A stretch of 63,733 bases of DNA, the filler included, from Sphingomonadaceae bacterium (GTDB lineage: Bacteria; Chloroflexota; UBA6077): the NCBI GenBank assembly GCA_050261575.1. It is 8 parts of 8 records of this genome, joined end to end, with 100 filler letters (N's around TTAATTAATTAA, not from the genome) between each part and the next. Parts side by side here need not be neighbours in the genome. Positions count along the whole stretch, not along the records: positions 25,007 to 36,985 come from JBLNDL010000059.1; positions 37,086 to 47,585 come from JBLNDL010000061.1; 6 more parts are not named here. The stretch is one strand, 5' to 3'. This document shows positions 26,868 to 39,380 of this stretch, in pieces. The notes under the pieces were generated by a model. That model searched no databases, was not told where the DNA came from, and was given only the letters and a program-made list of their open reading frames with translations. The first letter of the stretch is position 1, and each line of letters starts with the position of its first letter. The translations under genes were made by a program, and so were the position numbers.

Positions 26868-28112
26868 GTGACACCCCATATCCGAGCGACCATCCTGTTG
26901 GCCCTCGGCATCGTCGCTGTAACCCTGGTGTGGGAATCCGGCGTCGGTGGCGCGGGAACGGCGCTGGCAGACCAGGAGCCGACTGCCACATCCACCTCCA
27001 CCCCGATACCTAGAAGCCAGACGATAAGCAAGATCGGCAGCCCGGATGCGGTCCCGCGCGGAGGCCTTCTCGACTACACTGTGACCATCAGGCTGAGTAC
27101 TGCCGAGACCAACGTCGAGATCGAAGACATCATGACCAACGGCGTGGATCTCAAGCCTGGCACCACCCCGATACTGGATGGCGCTACGCCGGTCGCCATC
27201 ACCGGCGTCATCCGGCAGACCAACAGGATTACCTACAGGTTCAATCTGGGCGATCTCTCGGCGGGGACCCACACCCTCGCCTACCAGGGGGTGGTATCGG
27301 TCGATGCCCCCTGCCACCAGCGGGCCAAGAACGAGGTGCACCTGATCCTGCGGGACATCCCTGGCAGCGCCGCCCTGTTCACAGCCGAGAACGACATCGG
27401 CTGCCAGGCGACGCCGCAGTCGACCAGCACCTCCACCCCAACGGCCAGTCCGACCGCGACCGCCACCACGGAGCCGACCGCCACAGCCACCGCGACGGCA
27501 ACGGCCACACCCACGTCCCCCGAGACACCCACACCCACCAGTGAGCCAGGGTCCGCCAGCACCCCGACCAGCACCCCGACCCCGACTCACACGCCGACCG
27601 GTACCCCGGCCTCCACCGCCTCGCCGGCTACTACGGCCACGGAAACGTCGACCCCCACCCCTACACTGACGGCTAGCCCCACGGTGGCCGCGACCTCGAC
27701 CAGCTCGCCCCCATCGAACGGGGATAGCGGCGGCGACGGCCCGCGGGACTCGGGCGACTCCGGAGGCGGAGGCGACCCTGGCTCCGCGCCCGGTTCCGGC
27801 GGCCAGATCGCGGTCCTCGGCGAGGCTCCGGAGCACGCACCGACGACAGCCCCGATGGTCGAGACCGCGGCACCGACGCCAACCTCGTCGCCTGAGGGTT
27901 CGCCCCGGCTGGATGCACCGACGACCCTTTCCCTGGTGGCGCCCTCCGGCGAGGTGGACGACCCGGCTCCCGCCACCGCGGTCCAGCCCCCCATGCTACC
28001 TAACGCGGGGGACGCGCCCGGCTGGGGCCACGAGGGGTGGGCGATGATCGGGCTGCTGCTGTTGATCGGCGGCCTCCTGCTCCGTCTATCGGAAGTGAAT
28101 CCTCCCCTATGA
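26868..28112 (+). CDS. Surface protein: DUF11-like Ig domain, Thr/Pro-rich stalk, LPNAG sorting signal
   Basis: Signal peptide, TISKIGSPDAVPRGGLLDYTVTI, long PT/ST repeat, MLPNAG followed by a TM and Arg. Confidence 0.78.
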   Translation: MTPHIRATILLALGIVAVTLVWESGVGGAGTALADQEPTATSTSTPIPRSQTISKIGSPDAVPRGGLLDYTVTIRLSTAETNVEIEDIMTNGVDLKPGTTPILDGATPVAITGVIRQTNRITYRFNLGDLSAGTHTLAYQGVVSVDAPCHQRAKNEVHLILRDIPGSAALFTAENDIGCQATPQSTSTSTPTASPTATATTEPTATATATATATPTSPETPTPTSEPGSASTPTSTPTPTHTPTGTPASTASPATTATETSTPTPTLTASPTVAATSTSSPPSNGDSGGDGPRDSGDSGGGGDPGSAPGSGGQIAVLGEAPEHAPTTAPMVETAAPTPTSSPEGSPRLDAPTTLSLVAPSGEVDDPAPATAVQPPMLPNAGDAPGWGHEGWAMIGLLLLIGGLLLRLSEVNPPL

Positions 28113-28261
28113 GGTCCCCCATTTGGGTGGCCCGCCTCTGGCGCCTAGGCGCCGGAAGCGGGCCACCTCCCCCTCTCGGGGTGGCGCTCCGGGCCAATCG
28201 TGGCCGGGTGCACCACCCTTCCTTCCTTTTCTATGCAAGTGACGTATGGTAAAATAGATTC

Positions 28262-29230
28262 GTGAGCGAACCTGGCATGGCGAGAGACAATGAGCGCGGC
28301 ACAAGGGGCGTTGTCGACACCCTTTCCGCCGGATACGAAACCGTTAACAGGCATCCTTGGGTCATTGCCATTCCCGTCCTGGTCGACCTTTTCTTCTGGC
28401 TCGGACCCCACCTCTCCCTGGCGCCGCTAGTGCAGAGGACCGTCGGCCGCATCGCGGCTCCAATCGGCCTCTCTGCCGAGATGCTAGAGGCATACCAGGA
28501 GTACCGAGAGGGGTTGCTGCAAGCCGGGGAGAGTTTCAACCTGTTCTCTCTGCTGACGACCCACTTCCCAGGAATCCCTAGCCTGATGTCAGCCAGAGCG
28601 GGCCTCGGCCAGACAGCCACCATGGAAGACCCATGGATGGCTCTGTTGCTGTTTCTACTGCTGCCCATCGCCGGCATCTGGCTGGCCTCTGCCTACTACG
28701 TCGCCGTGGGACAACCGGTGCGCGGGGATCAGGAGAGCGTCGGGACCCTGTTGGGCCGGGTGTGGAGGACCTGGAGGCGCCTGCTGGGCTTCCTGCTCCT
28801 CGTGATCGGAGTGGCCCTGCTTCTCGGGGTGCCGCTGCTCGTCCTGGCCCTCGTGGCCGGAGCCGTGAGCGCCTCACTGCTGGGCTTTCTGGTGACCTTC
28901 CTGTGGATCACCGCCCTGTGGGCCCAGTTCTACCTGTTCTTCGTGGTCGACGCCATGGTGATCAGCGACGTGGGCCCGATCCAGGCGATGCGCCACAGCG
29001 TTGCCGTGGTGAGAGCCAACCTGGGCCCCACGTTGGGGCTGGTGGTGCTGGTTTGGACGATCATGCTCGGCATGCCCATAGTCTGGGACGCGATGGCCCA
29101 GAACCCCGTCGGAACCGTCGCGGGCATTCTCGGCAACGCCTACATCTCGACGGGACTGGCGGTGGCCAGCATGAGCTTCTATCGCGACCGCTTCTTGCGC
29201 CTGACACGGGAGTCCGGACGGACTCGGTAG
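28262..29230 (+). CDS. Multi-pass membrane protein of unknown function
   Basis: ~6 TMs; an extended -10 (TGGTAAAAT) 6 nt before the GTG suggests a leaderless start. Confidence 0.8.
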   Translation: MSEPGMARDNERGTRGVVDTLSAGYETVNRHPWVIAIPVLVDLFFWLGPHLSLAPLVQRTVGRIAAPIGLSAEMLEAYQEYREGLLQAGESFNLFSLLTTHFPGIPSLMSARAGLGQTATMEDPWMALLLFLLLPIAGIWLASAYYVAVGQPVRGDQESVGTLLGRVWRTWRRLLGFLLLVIGVALLLGVPLLVLALVAGAVSASLLGFLVTFLWITALWAQFYLFFVVDAMVISDVGPIQAMRHSVAVVRANLGPTLGLVVLVWTIMLGMPIVWDAMAQNPVGTVAGILGNAYISTGLAVASMSFYRDRFLRLTRESGRTR

Positions 29231-29242
29231 GCGCGGGAGAAT

Positions 29243-29307
29243 CCAGAGGGATGAACGCGAGCGAGCGCAGCGTTCACGAGCCCCTGGCGGGGTTTGAGGT
29301 GTCCCCA
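29243..29307. repeat. Intergenic palindromic repeat, copy 1
   Basis: CCAGAGGG...CCCCTGG-CGGGGTTTG shell around ACGCGAGCGAGCGCAGCGT (29255-29273), which recurs exactly at 57003-57021. Confidence 0.6.
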
Positions 29308-29372
29308 AAACACCTCTCGAGATAAACAGACCTGCCTGGCGGAGTGCCGGGCACTCGGCCAAGCTGAGGTAG

Positions 29373-31295
<1,923 letters not shown>

Positions 31296-31698
31296 GGGAT
31301 GCCTTGCAGGTACTGGCGGTGTAGGTTCCCAGAGTTATCTTGAGCTACCCAGTTTCTATGCCCGACTGGCCCAGTTAGACAGGAGTAAGTTCGAGGAGCC
31401 TCTCGGTGAAGTGATTCTCAGCGCCCTTCCAAAGCACAGCCGAGGAACAAGGTCTCCTCTCCTACCGCTCAATCCAACGAGCCGTTGAAACGCCGCCCAA
31501 AACCTATGGCAACCTTGTTGGCAAGTCCCTGCAGGGCTGCTCACCCCACAGTATGTTGTGCCAGGTGCAGCGGAGCAGATAGCCCAGGATCATGAATGCT
31601 CCCTGCAGGACCGGGACGGCAGGAGCGATAGCCCCTACCGTCCCATGGATTGCCTCCGCTCCAACAGGGTGGCGCCCCGCTGGCAGCCGCACTAGCGG

Positions 31699-31980
31699 CT
31701 AAGGATGGGGTGTCCCGTCTGGCATCACTGCGCCCGTGAGGTCAGCCCCCTCCAGGTTGGCGCCCGTGAGGTCAGCCCCCTCCAGGTTGGCACCCGTCAG
31801 GTTGGCCGCGCTCAAGTTGGCGCCGAACAGTTTGGCGTCACTCAGGTCGGCGCCGCTCAGGTTGGCCACGATCAACCTGGTCATCGTCAGGTCAGCCCCC
31901 TGGCACTTCGTCCCCGGTTTGATGATCTCGCAGCCGTTTACCGCCGTTCCGGGCAGCACGCTCGCTAACCTCGCCTGCAT
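31699..31980 (-). CDS. Pentapeptide-repeat protein, possibly truncated
   Basis: NGCEIIKPGTKCQGADL followed by A(D/N)LxG repeats and MPDG; a 30-bp tandem duplication lies at ~31730-31790; start uncertain. Confidence 0.6.
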   Translation of the reverse strand: MQARLASVLPGTAVNGCEIIKPGTKCQGADLTMTRLIVANLSGADLSDAKLFGANLSAANLTGANLEGADLTGANLEGADLTGAVMPDGTPHP

Positions 31981-32259
31981 CTCACTGCGCAACTCCGCGC
32001 CGCCGGAGGCTGCGGGGGCGGGCTCCAACCCCCGCTGGCAGGAGGTCATCGCCCGCGCGCGGACGGTCTCTCGCACCGGCCCCCACAGCAGCTCTCCGGC
32101 GCTGCCCGCTCCCCCGCCTGTGATTATCCCCGGCGGGTTGAAGGGGTGGGCCACGTCTATCATGCCCCCCCCCCCAGGGCAAAGCATGCTTCCTGGTGGA
32201 ATCCTACGTCAGGCAAGCCTCTTGCGCTATCACGTTCATCACCATCGGGGGAGGTTGAG

Positions 32260-33048
32260 ATGAGGATCGAGGCAAACGGGATCGAGATCGGCTACGACAT
32301 CGCGGGCGAGGGGCCGTGGCTCGTCCTCTCCCACGCCCTGGGGCTGAATCGCTCCATGTGGTTCCGCCAGCTACCGGACCTCGCCCGGCGTCGTCGCGTC
32401 CTCACCTGGGACGCCCGCGGCCACGGCGAGTCCTCCAAGCCCCCCGGCCCCTACTCCTTCGACCTGATGGCCCGGGACCTCGCCGGCCTGTTGGATGCCC
32501 TGGGCGTCGAGCGAACCGCGGTGCTGGGGCTTTCCATGGGGGGCAACATCGGCATCGCCTTCGCCGCGGCCCACCCTCAGCGCACCTCCGCCCTCATCCT
32601 CTGCGACACCACGGCCTGGTACGGCTCCGAAGCGGAGCAGGGCTGGAGGGACCGCATCGCTGCGGTCGAGAGGGCAGGCATCGAGCCCTTGATCCCCGTG
32701 CAGGCTGAGCGGTGGTTCACGGAGGGCTTCCGATCCTCCCATCCCGAGGTGGTCCAGCGGGTGCTCGACCTCCTCAGGGCGGCAGACCAGCAGGGCTACG
32801 TCGCAGTCCTGGAGGCGCTGGCGCGGCTCGACCAGCGCGACAGCCTAGCGGCGATCCGCTGCCCCACCTTGATCGTAGTCGGGCGCGAGGACGTCACCAC
32901 CCCGCCCGATATGGCGGAGCAGCTCCACCGGGCCATCCCTGGATCCCAACTGCTGGTGCTCGACCGCGCCCGGCACCTGGCCCCGATCGAGCAGGCCGAC
33001 GCCTTCAACCAGGCGGTGCTGCGCTTCCTCGATCAGGTGGGGGCGTAG
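32260..33048 (+). CDS. Alpha/beta hydrolase, 3-oxoadipate enol-lactonase-like
   Basis: DARGHGES, GLSMGG nucleophile elbow, D..TPP, ARHLAPIEQ; GGAGG RBS. Confidence 0.88.
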   Translation: MRIEANGIEIGYDIAGEGPWLVLSHALGLNRSMWFRQLPDLARRRRVLTWDARGHGESSKPPGPYSFDLMARDLAGLLDALGVERTAVLGLSMGGNIGIAFAAAHPQRTSALILCDTTAWYGSEAEQGWRDRIAAVERAGIEPLIPVQAERWFTEGFRSSHPEVVQRVLDLLRAADQQGYVAVLEALARLDQRDSLAAIRCPTLIVVGREDVTTPPDMAEQLHRAIPGSQLLVLDRARHLAPIEQADAFNQAVLRFLDQVGA

Positions 33049-33116
33049 AAGATGGCAGAGGGGGGAGGCCGGCAGCCTCCCCCTTCCAGTTGCGCATACC
33101 GCCGCTCCCCGCCCAG

Positions 33117-35813
33117 CTACCGGGTCCGCATCAGGGAGAGCCCGTCCACGTGGACGGCGGCCCTCAAGTACTCCAGCTTGACCTGGACCCTGAGGGCCGT
33201 GGCACCCTGCGGTACCGTCAGGCTCGTCTGGCCAGACACCCAGCCGGCGGTCGCGGAGGTCCGGGAGAGGGCCGTCGCGGTGGCGAGCGCACGCCCGCTG
33301 GAGTTCAGGGCCAGCATCTGCAGCCCAGCCCGGAACCAACCGGTCCTGGAAGGCACATTCATCTTGCCCGAGAAGTCATAGACCTCCCCTGGCTTGACCG
33401 GCAGATCCTGGTAGACGACGAAGCTCTCCCCTCTTGTGGAGTCGGCTAGCAGCGAGAAGGATCCCTCGGAGTGCTGCAACCCACTCCTGGAGACCACGGG
33501 CCCCCCGGGTGCGGTGATCTGCCAGCCGTCGGGATCGCCATCCCCGTTGCCGTCCTGCTCGAACCCGGCATTGGAGAGCAGATTGCCGACGGGGGAGGGC
33601 ACGGGAGTCGCTGTGGGGAGAGGAGTGGGAGTGGCAGGTGGCGCGGTGGGGGCAGCCGTCGGAGTCGAAGGCGCGCCTGTGGCGGAGCCGAACCTCAGCG
33701 ACAGGTCGTCCAGATAGGCCGTCCCGTTCAGCTTGGGGAAGTGAACCTTCAGCCGAACCGCGACCGTCCGATCGGGCATCATTGCCGAGCCTGCGATCTT
33801 CACCCAGGCCGACGTCGCCCTATCCACAGTGGCAAGAGTGGTAGAGGGTAGGTCCCCGTTGTACTGGTGACGAGGCACCAAGCTCACCACCATGCTCATA
33901 CCCCCGTTCACCTCGGGAAGGTTTATCCAGCCGGAGAAGTCGACCCGATCGCCGGCCGACGCCGGGACCTCCTGGTAGACGTAGGGTCCACTGGCGCTAC
34001 CTTGGAAGCGGATCGCCTGGGATCCGCTGTGGGTCTTCGACCCGTCGGCCGCGACGACCCCGCCGAACCAGGAGGGCAGGTACCAGTTGGCCATGCCGCT
34101 CTCGAAGCCGCCGTTCACCAGCCGCTCGCCGCCAGCCGGCAGGGTTGCGGTTGCCGTGGCCGTCGGCACGGGGGTCTTGGTCGGGGCAGGCGTGCTGGTC
34201 GGAGTGGGCGTGCTGGTTGGCACCGGTGTGGAGGTGAGAAGGGTCCCGCCGCCGGACCCCTCCGTGAGGAAGAGCGGCGAGGAGGTCAGGCTCACTGTCA
34301 CCCTGCCGCCGGAGGGGTTGAGGATGCGCGTAGCCTGGGTGAGCCCGAAGTCCCACTTCCGCTCCACAAGCGGGGACGTCGCCGGCAACTGCACGGTGGC
34401 AGTGGCGGACTCGCTGTTGCCGGAGGTCTCGGCCCAGAGGGCGTAGCTCTTGCGGCCGTCCGCTCCGAAGAAGACGAAGCCCCGCACCCCGGCCGGTAGC
34501 TCCAGTGATGCCGTGGCGGCCGCGTCGTAGCGCTGGCCACGCAGGAAGGCGCCGTACGTCTTGAAGGCTGCGGCCGACGGCTTCAGCCTCGCGCTGTCCA
34601 CAGACTGGCCTCGCAGGTCGTAGTAGAGCCCCATGTGGGCGTAGGCGCTGCCCGCGGAGCCATCGGCTTCCGTATCGGCAAGCTGGAACCAGTCGACCTG
34701 CGACACGCCTCCTGCCATGGCCAGGATCGGCAGCTTCAGCATGTAGTTGCGATGCAGATCCGATCCGCCGACCAAGCCCCCTGCCGGCTTCGAGGCGACG
34801 CCGCTCTCCGTGGCGAGCCAGATCTTCCTCGGGTAGGTCGAGCCGTCGTAGCCCCACCGCTCCAACTGAATCCGCATGGTGCTCTGCCTGGCCAGGAAGC
34901 TCGAGGCCATCGCGTCGGAATCGGTCCCGCGCAGCCACGTGTTTTTGGCCTGGTCGTAGGTGGCGTAGTGTGGGTAGTGGTGGTAGCTCACGGCGTCGAA
35001 CCAGGCGCCGCCCCGAGCTGGGTAGGCGGCGGTGACCGATCCGTCACTCGGGTTGTCGGTGTAACGCAGCACGGCGTCGAGGAAGCTCTCGTAACCGATG
35101 CCGCCGATCGCCACGAAGCAGTTGGGGTCTACAGACTTGGCCACCTCGTACGTGACGCGCAGCAGCCGGATGTAGGCGAAGATCGAGTCGCGCCAGTTGG
35201 GCAGGTCGGCTGCTTGCGGCGGCGAACTCCACCAGGCGCCCTGTGTCAGGCTCCAGTTGCCGGTGCGGTCCGGCTCGTTCCACACCTCCCAGATCTTCAC
35301 CTGCCCCTTATACCTGGATACGACCTGATGGACGTAGACCGCCCAGTAGTTGCTGGGGTTGACCACGCCGGGGCCGGACCAGATCGGCTGATAGAGGTTC
35401 CTGGGGGAGTACTGGTCGAGATTGCCGCCGTTAGGGGAATTGGAGTGAGCGGCGGTGGGGCCGATCAGCAGGCCCGTCATGTTGGTCAAACCGTTGGCCT
35501 GGTAGGCCGCCATGTCGCCGTTGGCGAATTCGATATCGTAACCCCACCGGTCGAAGTGGTACTCCGGCAGCTTGATCCGCACGGTGTCGGCACCGGCCCT
35601 GGCAGCGAGGGTGGAGAGATCCTTGTTGTTCCAGCCGGAGGGATTGCCGAAGTTGACACCGTAGCCGAAGCCGTCGGGCACGGGGGGAACCGAGGCGTTG
35701 GCACCGATGCGGCTCGCATCGGCAGCGACCTGCGCGCCCACTCCGCCGCCCGATACGGCGAACAGAAGCAGCACTGCGAGCAGGCCGAGGAAGACGAACG
35801 GGAGCTTACGCAT
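33117..35813 (-). CDS. Secreted clan GH-A glycoside hydrolase with two CBM4/9-like modules
   Basis: Signal peptide; EVWNEPD (acid/base), SYHHYP, IWLATESG (nucleophile); PT linkers; two modules starting LVNGGFE and LLSNAGFE; AAGGAGG RBS. Confidence 0.85.
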   Translation of the reverse strand: MRKLPFVFLGLLAVLLLFAVSGGGVGAQVAADASRIGANASVPPVPDGFGYGVNFGNPSGWNNKDLSTLAARAGADTVRIKLPEYHFDRWGYDIEFANGDMAAYQANGLTNMTGLLIGPTAAHSNSPNGGNLDQYSPRNLYQPIWSGPGVVNPSNYWAVYVHQVVSRYKGQVKIWEVWNEPDRTGNWSLTQGAWWSSPPQAADLPNWRDSIFAYIRLLRVTYEVAKSVDPNCFVAIGGIGYESFLDAVLRYTDNPSDGSVTAAYPARGGAWFDAVSYHHYPHYATYDQAKNTWLRGTDSDAMASSFLARQSTMRIQLERWGYDGSTYPRKIWLATESGVASKPAGGLVGGSDLHRNYMLKLPILAMAGGVSQVDWFQLADTEADGSAGSAYAHMGLYYDLRGQSVDSARLKPSAAAFKTYGAFLRGQRYDAAATASLELPAGVRGFVFFGADGRKSYALWAETSGNSESATATVQLPATSPLVERKWDFGLTQATRILNPSGGRVTVSLTSSPLFLTEGSGGGTLLTSTPVPTSTPTPTSTPAPTKTPVPTATATATLPAGGERLVNGGFESGMANWYLPSWFGGVVAADGSKTHSGSQAIRFQGSASGPYVYQEVPASAGDRVDFSGWINLPEVNGGMSMVVSLVPRHQYNGDLPSTTLATVDRATSAWVKIAGSAMMPDRTVAVRLKVHFPKLNGTAYLDDLSLRFGSATGAPSTPTAAPTAPPATPTPLPTATPVPSPVGNLLSNAGFEQDGNGDGDPDGWQITAPGGPVVSRSGLQHSEGSFSLLADSTRGESFVVYQDLPVKPGEVYDFSGKMNVPSRTGWFRAGLQMLALNSSGRALATATALSRTSATAGWVSGQTSLTVPQGATALRVQVKLEYLRAAVHVDGLSLMRTR

Positions 35814-36049
35814 GTCTCCTCCTTCGTATAGAGAGGCCGGGCGCAGATCGCGCGCTGCGGGCGCGGGAAACGACAAGGTCCAGTATGAGGCAGTATATTG
35901 TGGCACTTAGATGATGCAAATAGCCAAGATGTACCAGAGCAGGCGGACAGGCGCACGAGATCCGTGGCGACGGTTTGCGCCGGGGCGGTGCGGACGGGGG
36001 CTCCCTCACCCCGCAACGCGAGCGAGTGCAGGGCTGCGCCTCCCCCAGC

Positions 36050-36079
36050 TTGACATCCTCCAGAGGAGCGCCATAGGAT
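36050..36079 (+). promoter_or_regulatory. Sigma-70-type promoter for the RraA-family gene
   Basis: TTGACA-N18-TAGGAT. Confidence 0.5.
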
Positions 36080-36115
36080 GCCTCTAGGCTCCATCCATCA
36101 GTCGATCGGGTCTAA

Positions 36116-36181
36116 GCAGGTATCTCTAGATAGAGTACACGTTTCCCGCCAGAGAAGTTGACATGGTCTAGAGATACCTGC
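36116..36181. repeat. Perfect 15-bp inverted repeat with a 36-bp spacer
   Basis: GCAGGTATCTCTAGA (36116-36130) and TCTAGAGATACCTGC (36167-36181). Confidence 0.9.
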
Positions 36182-36218
36182 CTGGAACCGCAGAATCGTT
36201 GCAGTGAGGAGAAGGAAC

Positions 36219-36911
36219 GTGGATCTCGAGAAAGTCCTGAAGCTGGTCGAATTCGACACCCCCACCGTGGCCAACGGCCTCGAGTTGCTGGGGTACAGGG
36301 ATCCCACCGTCGGCTACACGGGTCCGGACGTGCGGGCACTCATGCCGGACATGGGCGCGAGGATCGGGGTGGCGGTCACGGCCCGCCTCGACACCACCAC
36401 CGCCGGCACCGACAAGCCGAAGAGCCTCTTCCACGACTGGCTGCGTCTGATCCAGGCTGCATCCCGCGGCCCCAACGGTGAGCGGATCCCGGTCTTCGCC
36501 GTCATGGAGTCGGTGGGTCCCAAACCCCGCTACACCGTGACCATCGGCGACCACATGGCCACGCTGATGAAGCTGGCCGGCGCCGTGGCCTTCATCACCA
36601 ACGGCAGCATCCGAGACCTGGAGGGGGTGCGGGGGGTGCCGCTCCCCTGCTGGGCCACCGGGCTCTCCCCGATGCACGGCCAACTGCGATGGCTTGACGT
36701 CAACAGCCCCGTGGTGATCGACGGCATGACCGTGAACCCGGGCGACTTCGTCCACGCCGACGTGAACGGTGCCCTGGTGATCCCGCCCGACGTGGCCGAC
36801 AAGCTGTACGACAAGGCCGTCGAGGTGCAGGAGATGGAGAGAATCAGGATGTCCAGGATACTGCAGCCCGGCCAAACGCTGGATAGCTACCTGGACTCCC
36901 TGAAGAAGTAG
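36219..36911 (+). CDS. RraA family / HMG-CHA aldolase-like protein
   Basis: FDTPTVANGLE, IGDHMA, TNGSIRD, VNPGDFVHADVNG. Confidence 0.88.
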   Translation: MDLEKVLKLVEFDTPTVANGLELLGYRDPTVGYTGPDVRALMPDMGARIGVAVTARLDTTTAGTDKPKSLFHDWLRLIQAASRGPNGERIPVFAVMESVGPKPRYTVTIGDHMATLMKLAGAVAFITNGSIRDLEGVRGVPLPCWATGLSPMHGQLRWLDVNSPVVIDGMTVNPGDFVHADVNGALVIPPDVADKLYDKAVEVQEMERIRMSRILQPGQTLDSYLDSLKK

Positions 36912-36985
36912 GACACCGTCGACGCGCCGGGCGCGGGGGGCGCCCGCGCCGCCCCCCCCGCAAAGCCCCCCCCCCCCAACCCGCG

Positions 36986-37085
36986 NNNNNNNNNNNNNNN
37001 NNNNNNNNNNNNNNNNNNNNNNNNNNNNNTTAATTAATTAANNNNNNNNNNNNNNNNNNNNNNNNNNNNNNNNNNNNNNNNNNNN
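36986..37085. other. Artificial contig linker
   Basis: N44-TTAATTAATTAA-N44. Confidence 0.98.
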
Positions 37086-37141
37086 CGCACCGCGGGGGTG
37101 GGGCGCGCGATGCCCCTCGATTCGTCACGGGGGGCGGTTCG

Positions 37142-38104
37142 ATGGCGGAAGTGAAGGACGTGCTGCAGTCGCTTCTCGAGAACGTTGAGAAGGTGATGGT
37201 AGGGAAACGGGCAGAGGTGGAGTCTGCGCTGATTGCCCTGATCTGTGAAGGGCACGTGCTCATCGAGGACGTGCCGGGCGTGGGGAAGACGGTGTTGGCC
37301 AAGGCGCTCGCTCGCAGCATCGGCTGCAGCTTCAAGCGGCTTCAGTTCACCCCCGACCTGCTACCCAGCGATGTAACCGGCGTCTCCGTCTTCAATCAGA
37401 AGACGGGCGAGTTCGAGTTCCGCCCGGGGCCGATCATCGCGCAGATAGTCCTCGCGGACGAGATCAACCGCGCTACCCCCAAGACTCAGGCCGCGCTGCT
37501 CGAGGCCATGGAGGAGCGGCAGGTCTCAGTGGACGGCGTCACCCACCGGATGCCCAGGCCCTTCCTGGTGATGGCCACCCAGAACCCCATCGAGTACGAG
37601 GGCACCTTCCCTCTCCCAGAGGCCCAGCTAGACCGCTTCCTGATGCGCATTCGCCTCGGATACCCCGGGCGGCAGCAGGAGGTGGAGATACTCGATCGGC
37701 AGCAGTACTCACATCCCCTCGAGCAGTTGGGCCAGGTGGTGACCTCCGAAGAGCTTCTGGCCGCGCAGGATCGGGTCAGGGACGTGTTCGTCGCGCCGCC
37801 CCTGCGGGGCTACATCGTGGACATCGTGTCGGCAACGCGAGAACACTCCGACGTCTACCTCGGGGGCAGCCCTCGGGCATCCCTCGCCCTCTTCAGGACC
37901 GCCCAGGCGCGCGCGCTGCTCGCGGGACGCGACTACGTGTTGCCGGACGACGTCAAGGCGCTGGCCGAGCCGGTGCTCGCCCACCGACTGATCATCAACC
38001 CCGCCTCCCGCATCAAGAACGTGGACGCATCCCTGGTGGTCCGCGAGATCCTGGACTCCCTGCCGGTTCCGGGCGGGCGGGTTTCCGTGGCGATCAAGCG
38101 GTGA
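37142..38104 (+). CDS. moxR: MoxR family AAA+ ATPase
   Basis: [49 protein letters not shown]. Confidence 0.95.
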   Translation: MAEVKDVLQSLLENVEKVMVGKRAEVESALIALICEGHVLIEDVPGVGKTVLAKALARSIGCSFKRLQFTPDLLPSDVTGVSVFNQKTGEFEFRPGPIIAQIVLADEINRATPKTQAALLEAMEERQVSVDGVTHRMPRPFLVMATQNPIEYEGTFPLPEAQLDRFLMRIRLGYPGRQQEVEILDRQQYSHPLEQLGQVVTSEELLAAQDRVRDVFVAPPLRGYIVDIVSATREHSDVYLGGSPRASLALFRTAQARALLAGRDYVLPDDVKALAEPVLAHRLIINPASRIKNVDASLVVREILDSLPVPGGRVSVAIKR

Positions 38105-39291
38105 AAGCGGTTCTCGTTTCCGCCCTTTCGGTGCTCGTCCTGGCCACCGCCCTCAGCACCGGCTGGGACCTCATGTACCGGGTGTTCTACACCCTGGTGA
38201 GCATTCTGCTGCTCTCTTTCCTGTGGACGTGGATCAACGTCCGGCGATTGCGGTGCGGCTACGAGATCCGGACCACCCGTGCCCACGTGGGCGGTCGCAT
38301 CGAAGAGAGGCTCACCCTGGAGAACACCAGTTGGGTTCCCAAGCTGTGGCTGGAGCTGCGAGACGGCTCTACCCTACCAGGCCGGCGGGACAGCCGTGTG
38401 GTTGCGCTGGGGGGGCATGCGAGGCGAGCGTTTCCCCTGGTAACCCCCTGCCGGGTCCGAGGGGAGTACCGCCTGGGGCCGATCCGTGTGGTCAGCGGGG
38501 ATCCGTTCGGTCTCTTCAAGATGCAGCGGCAACTCCCCATCGGCGGCACGGTGATCGTCTACCCTGCCGTGACCCCCTTGACCTCCTTCGGCCGGCTCCC
38601 CGGCGAGCTGCCCGGCGGCAGCACCCAGTCGCAGCGTACCCAGTTCACCACGCCCAACGCGGCCGGCGTGCGCGACTACCGCCCCGGCGACGCCCTCTGC
38701 CGGATTCACTGGTTGAGCTCGGCTCGACAGCGCCGCCTGATGGTCAAGGAGTTCGAGCTGGATCCCCTCTCAGAGGTGTGGCTGGTGCTCGACCTGGACC
38801 GGGAGGTTCAGGTGGGCACCGGCGAGGACTCGACCGAGGAGTGGGTGGTTTCCATAGGCGCGACCCTGGCCAACTTCTTTCTGGCTCAGCAGCGGGAGGT
38901 GGGCATCATCACCCAGGGGCGGGTCTTGGTGGCGGACAGGGGACACCGCCAGCTCCAGAAGGTGTTGGAGCTGCTCGCAGTGGTCCGATCCAACAGCAGC
39001 ACTCCCCTGGAAAGGCTGGTGATCTCGGAGGAGTTGCGGCTGAGTCGCGGGGCTACGGTGGTGGTTATCACCCCCTCCACCGACGAGCGATGGCTCGAGG
39101 CCTACCGGATGCTGGCGGTCAGAGGGGTATCGGTGTTGGCGGTCCTGCTGGAGGCTAGCACCTTCGGGGCGAAGCAGTCGTCTCTCCTGCTGGTCAGCTC
39201 CCTGGCGGCCTGCGGGGTCCCCACCTATCTGGTGAAGAGGGGTGACGACCTGACTCGGGCACTCGCTCAGCCGGCGGAGGTCAGAGCTTGA
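38101..39291 (+). CDS. DUF58 domain protein
   Basis: N-terminal TMs, [30 protein letters not shown]. Confidence 0.92.
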   Translation: MKAVLVSALSVLVLATALSTGWDLMYRVFYTLVSILLLSFLWTWINVRRLRCGYEIRTTRAHVGGRIEERLTLENTSWVPKLWLELRDGSTLPGRRDSRVVALGGHARRAFPLVTPCRVRGEYRLGPIRVVSGDPFGLFKMQRQLPIGGTVIVYPAVTPLTSFGRLPGELPGGSTQSQRTQFTTPNAAGVRDYRPGDALCRIHWLSSARQRRLMVKEFELDPLSEVWLVLDLDREVQVGTGEDSTEEWVVSIGATLANFFLAQQREVGIITQGRVLVADRGHRQLQKVLELLAVVRSNSSTPLERLVISEELRLSRGATVVVITPSTDERWLEAYRMLAVRGVSVLAVLLEASTFGAKQSSLLLVSSLAACGVPTYLVKRGDDLTRALAQPAEVRA

Positions 39292-39380
39292 GGACTGAGG
39301 ACTCATCACACATTACTCGTGGTGCCGGGCTGTAACGAAATGGCGCGGTCTTCGTTCTTGCAGAAGGGGGAAGCTGGTAG

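Noticed and set aside
27420..27700. Repetitive ACC/CCG-rich tract (also ~33600-33670 and ~34145-34230)
   Set aside because: Encodes Thr/Pro linkers within proteins; there is no repeat-spacer periodicity.
31296..31698. Lower-GC segment after gyrB, where gyrA might be expected
   Set aside because: Only short broken frames with no recognisable family; separation of gyrB and gyrA is not unusual.
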